From Candidatus Cloacimonadales bacterium (GTDB lineage Bacteria > Cloacimonadota > Cloacimonadia > Cloacimonadales > DAONDQ01), in the NCBI GenBank assembly GCA_963662275.1, contig OY759316.1:544001-608000 (forward strand): a stretch of DNA of 64,000 bases, read 5' to 3'. Within the stretch, counting starts at the first letter, position 1. Each line of letters opens with the position of its first letter. The notes below the pieces were generated by a model that made no database searches, was not told the origin of the DNA, and saw nothing but the letters and a program-made list of their open reading frames with translations. Shown here piece after piece: positions 58,804-64,000 of this stretch. Both the position numbers and the translations under genes were made by a program.

Positions 58804-61452
58804 ATGAACATCAGAAAAACAGCAATGATTTATACAATATATGCCTTTGTATTGTATATTATCATTGTTCTGATTGTTTCTCGCTTTCTCATTCTCAATG
58901 CTTTTACCAAATTGGAAGTCATCCGCGGTGTTCAACAAGCAGAAAAAGTTGATCAGTCCATCAAACAAGAACTTATGAACTTGAATAGTTTCACGATGGA
59001 TTGGTCTTCCTGGGATGATACTTGGAATTATGCTTCAAAACCAAATACCGCTTACATTAAAAGCAATATGATAGATGATACTTTCACTAATTCCAATCTT
59101 AATTTTTTAGCCATTTTCGATAAGAATAATCAACCACTAACCTATAAAATGTTTGATCATCATATGAAAAGAGTTCCTGTTATGTCGAATGAACTTGTCA
59201 ACATAATTGATAGGAAATATCTCTATACTGCTGATTCAGATTCGTCACGTAAGGAAGGATTGATCCAACTGGAAGATTATCCTATGATGGTTGTTTCAAA
59301 GCCAATACTACATTCTGATGGTTCGGGACCTATCATGGGTTATCTGGTAGTTGGTCGAATTCTGGATATAAACGATCCGCATCAGTTGCCGACGCTGCAC
59401 TCTTTCGATATCAAAGGATACCGTTTGGATCGGGCAATTAGTGACCCGATTGATCAGAAATTTATACCTCTGGTAACTCAGCAAAAACCTGTCGTTCATT
59501 TTTCTGATAAAAAGATGCGCATTACATATGGTGTGCTGAACGATATTAATGGGAAGCCGATTTTTGCCTACAAACTTACAGCAAATCCAGAGATCCTCAA
59601 TCTTGGAAAAACAACGATCATTACGTTCATGCTGGTATTTTTCTTCTTCACTTTCCTGATTATCTATGTCACGATAAATATCCTGGATCGGAGAATTCTA
59701 ACTCGCCTTGTCGACCTTCAGAATGATGTCATTGAAATAAGGAAAGACAACAATTTTAGTAAACGAGTGAAAGAAGAAGGTCAAGATGAGATTTCCCGTT
59801 TGGAATTCCAAATCAATTCCATGCTTGGTAGTTTGCAGGAAGACCGTATATTACTTGAATCAGCTCTCGTAGAAGCTCAATCGGCAACGAAGGCCAAAAG
59901 CGAATTCCTGGCAAATATGAGCCATGAAATACGCACACCTTTGAATGGGATCATTGGTGCTATCAATCTAATTGATCAGAAAGAGCTGAACCTGGAACAG
60001 CAGAACCTGCTTGAAATCATCCATTTTTCCTCCAATTCATTACTTAATCTCATCAATGATATTCTTGATTATTCCAAATTAGAAATCGGTAAAATGGAAT
60101 TTGACTGTATTGCTTTTAATCTCCGGGATTTGGTGGAATCTATCATTGATTCTTTTGCCATTAAAGCCGATCAAAAAAATATAGAAATTATGTATCACAT
60201 GAATCCTAACGCCATTGAAGAATGCATGGGTGATCCATATCGTCTGCACCAAATCCTGAATAATTTGATCAGTAATGCCGTCAAGTTTACTGACCAGGGA
60301 GAAGTTCATGTATTTGTGGACATGATCGATAAACAAGAACAAGTTGGAATGTTCAAATTCCAAGTCACCGATACCGGTATTGGTATAGCAGAAGATAAAA
60401 TCACGGAAATCTTTGAAAGCTTTAAGCAAGCTGACGGTTCAATCACACGAAGATATGGAGGAACAGGTTTAGGACTGCCAATTGCAAAACAGATTATTGA
60501 ACTGATGGGTGGAAGTGTCTCCGTAACCAGTAAAATAGGCAGTGGAACTACTTTTACTTTTGAAATATCTCTCTTATTGAAATCAACAGAACCACAGACT
60601 CGAAAAGTTGATTCTGCTCTATTATCCAAAAGTAGGATTCTCATTGTTGACGATAATTCGACAAACCTATTTATTTTATCTGAGATATTGAAGAGTTATG
60701 GTTTTTCTTATGAAACAGCAAGCAATGGTTTAATTGCCATTACCAAGGTAAAAGAAGCAGATGTGCAACACCAATCTTTCGATGTCATTCTCATGGATGT
60801 CCAGATGCCGGATATGGATGGTTTTGAAGCTATCTCAAGAATCAAGACTCTTGAATTGCTTAAGGAACCTAAAATCGCAATTCTATCTTCTGTAACGCGA
60901 AGTGAAGATCTCGTCCTCGCTCGTAAAATAGGAGTTCAACGCTACCTACAGAAACCTGTCAAATTAAGAAAGATGATCCATCTACTCAGGGAACTCATCC
61001 TGGATGAAAACTCATCTTCTCTTTCTTTCGATCCGGAGAATGAAGAGCAAACAGATTCTGCTGATAAAGAACCTTTAACAATCTTGATTGCTGAAGATAA
61101 TGTCATCAATTTGAAAATAGCTGTAAGTATGCTTGAAAAAATGGGACATCATGTGTTAGCCGTCAACAATGGCGAACAGGCTGTAGATATGTATCATAAA
61201 CACGAGATGGACCTGATTTTAATGGATGTTCAAATGCCTGTAATGGATGGTTTTGAAGCCACACGTATCATTCGGACAATTGAAAAAAAGACTGGTAAAT
61301 TCACTCCAATTCTTGCTTTGACTGCCCATGCACTTGCCGGACAACGCGATGCTTGTCTCGAAAAAGGATTGAATGACTTTATCTCCAAGCCTATAACCTA
61401 CCAGGCTTTATCTGAAATCATCAATAAATATAGAAATACAAAAAAAGAATAA
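58804..61452 (+). CDS. Hybrid sensor histidine kinase (CHASE4-HAMP-HisKA-HATPase-REC-REC)
   Basis: DWSSWDDTW (CHASE4), DEI HAMP, FLANMSHEIRTPLNG, NAVKFT, DTGIG, GGTGLGL, two DVQMP receivers. Confidence 0.93.
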   Translation: MNIRKTAMIYTIYAFVLYIIIVLIVSRFLILNAFTKLEVIRGVQQAEKVDQSIKQELMNLNSFTMDWSSWDDTWNYASKPNTAYIKSNMIDDTFTNSNLNFLAIFDKNNQPLTYKMFDHHMKRVPVMSNELVNIIDRKYLYTADSDSSRKEGLIQLEDYPMMVVSKPILHSDGSGPIMGYLVVGRILDINDPHQLPTLHSFDIKGYRLDRAISDPIDQKFIPLVTQQKPVVHFSDKKMRITYGVLNDINGKPIFAYKLTANPEILNLGKTTIITFMLVFFFFTFLIIYVTINILDRRILTRLVDLQNDVIEIRKDNNFSKRVKEEGQDEISRLEFQINSMLGSLQEDRILLESALVEAQSATKAKSEFLANMSHEIRTPLNGIIGAINLIDQKELNLEQQNLLEIIHFSSNSLLNLINDILDYSKLEIGKMEFDCIAFNLRDLVESIIDSFAIKADQKNIEIMYHMNPNAIEECMGDPYRLHQILNNLISNAVKFTDQGEVHVFVDMIDKQEQVGMFKFQVTDTGIGIAEDKITEIFESFKQADGSITRRYGGTGLGLPIAKQIIELMGGSVSVTSKIGSGTTFTFEISLLLKSTEPQTRKVDSALLSKSRILIVDDNSTNLFILSEILKSYGFSYETASNGLIAITKVKEADVQHQSFDVILMDVQMPDMDGFEAISRIKTLELLKEPKIAILSSVTRSEDLVLARKIGVQRYLQKPVKLRKMIHLLRELILDENSSSLSFDPENEEQTDSADKEPLTILIAEDNVINLKIAVSMLEKMGHHVLAVNNGEQAVDMYHKHEMDLILMDVQMPVMDGFEATRIIRTIEKKTGKFTPILALTAHALAGQRDACLEKGLNDFISKPITYQALSEIINKYRNTKKE

Positions 61453-61492
61453 GTATCTAATAGAGCAGAATCAGCATCTGGTTCTTCAAATG

Positions 61493-62011
61493 CTAATATA
61501 TCAAATAACCAATAAATCCTGAAATGAGTATCAGGTAAACTGGATTTGCTCGAAATTTCAAAGAGATAGAAAGAATCAGCAGAAATATACCTCCACTCTT
61601 CAAATCAATCACTGAATCTTTCCCTAATAATACTGCAGCGGCTGCAATCAATCCTAATAAAGCTGGTCTGATCCCGGATAAAGCAGCAGTAAAAAAGGTA
61701 TTCTTTTTAAACGAGACATATAGTTTTGTAACCAATATCATCAACAGGAACGGCATTGTAACTAATCCTGCAGTCGCTGCAAAAGAACCCCAGAAACCAG
61801 CTATTCTGTAACCGACAAATGTTGCTGCATTAATGGCAATTGGACCGGGAGTTGTCTGAGAAATAGCCACGATATCAATAAAGTCAGTATTCACAAGCCA
61901 ATGATGTGTACTCACAACTTCCTGTTGAATAAATGGCAGCATGGCATATCCGCCCCCAAAACTAAACAAGCCAATTTTCGCAAATACCAGGAATAAGATT
62001 AGATAGATCAT
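61493..62011 (-). CDS. chrA: Short-chain chromate transporter subunit
   Basis: KIGLFSFGGGYAM, SQTTPGPIAINAATFVGY. Confidence 0.88.
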   Translation of the reverse strand: MIYLILFLVFAKIGLFSFGGGYAMLPFIQQEVVSTHHWLVNTDFIDIVAISQTTPGPIAINAATFVGYRIAGFWGSFAATAGLVTMPFLLMILVTKLYVSFKKNTFFTAALSGIRPALLGLIAAAAVLLGKDSVIDLKSGGIFLLILSISLKFRANPVYLILISGFIGYLIY

Positions 62012-62637
62012 TTCTTTTTCTTCAGGAAAAGGATACCGGAAATCAATGCCAGCAAAATCATGTATATTGGGGATATACCAAAAAAGGAAATACCTGCAAA
62101 AACAAGAATTGGAAGCCAGCTAATCTTCCACGAGAGTTTACTCATCTGTGCAAGTTTCACTAGTGAGGCTGCTATTAATGCAACAACAGCCGGTCTGATA
62201 CCTGCAAATATTCTATTCCAGAGAGGCTGCTGATGAAATTGATAGAGAAAGATGGAAATCAACAAAATGGCTATAAAGGATGGTAGAACAGCACCCATTA
62301 CAGCAGCTATAGCTCCCGGTAAACCTGCTAAGACATATCCTGTATGAGCAGCAATATTGACAGCAATTGGACCGGGAAGTGATTGTGATAATGCCAGACC
62401 GTCCATGAAATCATCGGTATTCATCCATTTGCGTTTTTCGATGACTTTCTTTTGAATGAGTGGAAGCATGGCATATCCGCCACCGATAGTAAATGTTCCA
62501 ATTTCCAGGAAACTCCAGAATAAAGCTATCGATAACTTCAATCTGCTTGGAGTAGTGCTATCTTTATGAAATTTCTCTGTAGTTTCGTCTTCATACGGTC
62601 GTTTGAAATTTGTTACACCCACAGACGGTTTTACCAT
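62008..62637 (-). CDS. chrA: Short-chain chromate transporter subunit
   Basis: IGTFTIGGGYAM, SQSLPGPIAVN, GAVLPSF, GIRPAVVALI. Confidence 0.88.
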   Translation of the reverse strand: MVKPSVGVTNFKRPYEDETTEKFHKDSTTPSRLKLSIALFWSFLEIGTFTIGGGYAMLPLIQKKVIEKRKWMNTDDFMDGLALSQSLPGPIAVNIAAHTGYVLAGLPGAIAAVMGAVLPSFIAILLISIFLYQFHQQPLWNRIFAGIRPAVVALIAASLVKLAQMSKLSWKISWLPILVFAGISFFGISPIYMILLALISGILFLKKKK

Positions 62638-62645
62638 GAATTCAA

Positions 62646-63998
62646 TTATTCTCGATCAGCTTTCAGCACTGCCAGGAAGGCTTCCTGGGGAACGGTAACG
62701 GAACCGATTTCCTTCATCCGTTTCTTTCCTTCCTTCTGCTTTTCCAGGAGTTTTTTCTTACGGGTAATATCACCACCATAGCACTTCGCAAGGACGTTTT
62801 TTCTCATAGCATTAATTGTACTCCTGGCGATGATCTTGGCACCAATGGAAGCTTGCAAGGCAATCTTGAAAAGATGGCGGGGAATGACTTCGCTAAGCGT
62901 ATCCGTTACACTTTTACCCCAGCTATAGGATTTATCCGTATGACAAATAAACGACATGGCATCCACTTTCTCGCCATTGATCATGATATCGACTTTTACG
63001 ACATCAGAAACACGATATTCCTTGAAGGTATAATCCAAGGAAGCATAACCGCGACTGACAGTTTTAAGTTTATCATAGAAATCAAAGATGATCTCAATTA
63101 GAGGCATTTCATAATGCAGAGAAACACGCTTTTCATCGATGTATTGAATATCCTTTTGAATACCGCGTCGTTCTTGTGCCAGTTTCATGAGATTACCTAT
63201 GAAATCTGTGGGAGCGATTAGCTCTACATCCATAATCGGTTCTAAAATGTAATCGATTTTGCTGGGATCAGGAAAATCAATCGGATTATATACTGTGATA
63301 TCGCTTCCATCTCTTAATCGAATATTGAATCTGACACTTGGGGTAGTTGCTATGATAGGTAGATTATATTCTCGGTAGAGGCGTTCCTTCACTATCTCTA
63401 AATGCAGCATACCTAAAAAACCGCATCGAAAGCCATAACCCAAGGCAAGAGAACTTTCCTTTTCATAGACAAGGGAAGCATCATTTAATTTAAGCTTGGC
63501 AATAGCAACAACCAAATCTTCATAATCTTCACCATTAATGGGGAAGATTCCGCTATAAACCATAGGTTTTGGTTCCTGGAAACCGGGAAGAGCTTCTGAA
63601 CAACCACCTTTTGCCAGTGTAATGGTATCCCCAACACGAGCATCAGATACTTCCTTGATATTACAGATAATATAGCCCACTTCTCCGGCTGTCAGACCAC
63701 CTGTTGGAATTCCCTTAATCCCGAGATATCCTATTTCCTCTATATCATATTCATGATTATTAGACATTAGCCTAATCTTATCCCCTTTGGAAAGCTGCCC
63801 ATCAAAGATTCTGACTAAAACAACGACACCCCGATATGTATCAAAATAGGAGTCGAAGATCAGGGCTTTAGGTGGATGAGAATTATCACCTACAGGATGA
63901 GGGATATGTTTGATAACACCCTCGAGTACTTCTATAATACCTAAGCCTGCTTTGGCACTAGTCTTTAAAATCTGGTCAGCAGTTACACCCAGTATTTC
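62646..63998 (-). CDS. lepA: Elongation factor 4, 5'-truncated by window edge
   Basis: Frame open to window end (SAKAG, ALIFDSYFDTYRGV); GFRCGFLGMLHLEI, SRGYASLDY, KCYGGDITRKKKLLEKQKEGKKRMK. Confidence 0.97.
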   Translation of the reverse strand, partial: EILGVTADQILKTSAKAGLGIIEVLEGVIKHIPHPVGDNSHPPKALIFDSYFDTYRGVVVLVRIFDGQLSKGDKIRLMSNNHEYDIEEIGYLGIKGIPTGGLTAGEVGYIICNIKEVSDARVGDTITLAKGGCSEALPGFQEPKPMVYSGIFPINGEDYEDLVVAIAKLKLNDASLVYEKESSLALGYGFRCGFLGMLHLEIVKERLYREYNLPIIATTPSVRFNIRLRDGSDITVYNPIDFPDPSKIDYILEPIMDVELIAPTDFIGNLMKLAQERRGIQKDIQYIDEKRVSLHYEMPLIEIIFDFYDKLKTVSRGYASLDYTFKEYRVSDVVKVDIMINGEKVDAMSFICHTDKSYSWGKSVTDTLSEVIPRHLFKIALQASIGAKIIARSTINAMRKNVLAKCYGGDITRKKKLLEKQKEGKKRMKEIGSVTVPQEAFLAVLKADRE

Positions 63999-64000
63999 TT

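Noticed and set aside
1380..63101. Numerous 60-180 aa ORFs overlapping larger genes (for example 25788-26324, 35374-35733, 60079-60429)
   Set aside because: Antisense or alternate-frame shadows of well-supported genes, without recognisable motifs

Overview
AT-rich bacterial chromosomal window, probably from an FCB-type diderm anaerobe such as Cloacimonadota (inferred from the PorU-like protein and FlgD-type C-terminal sorting domains; not verified). The left flank holds nadB (partial), tmk, a CtpA protease, a response regulator, a candidate sigma54-driven sRNA, a radical SAM enzyme, a PorU-like C25 protein and ackA. The centre (10.9-54.1 kb) is a ~43 kb Wzx/Wzy-type surface-glycan locus unusually rich in acyl- and amide-decorating enzymes. 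The right flank holds a secreted agmatine-deiminase-family protein, a pseudogene, a GNAT, a CHASE4 hybrid kinase, a short-chain chromate transporter pair and lepA (partial). The best candidate for an undescribed system is a Dlt-like extracytoplasmic acyl relay fed by KAS III/ketoreductase/ACP genes instead of DltA. It includes a 52-aa DltX-like ORF missing from the ORF track (45115-45273, ending ...PFFYANF) between an ACP and a tail-less MBOAT. Two paralogous MBOATs carry the same motif fused (...FIYAGF), and their SGNH-like partners have Cys at the nucleophile position. Non-coding highlights are the sRNA candidate with anti-Shine-Dalgarno loops and three 11-bp-periodic palindromic repeat elements. 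All functional calls come from motif recognition by eye; no searches were run.
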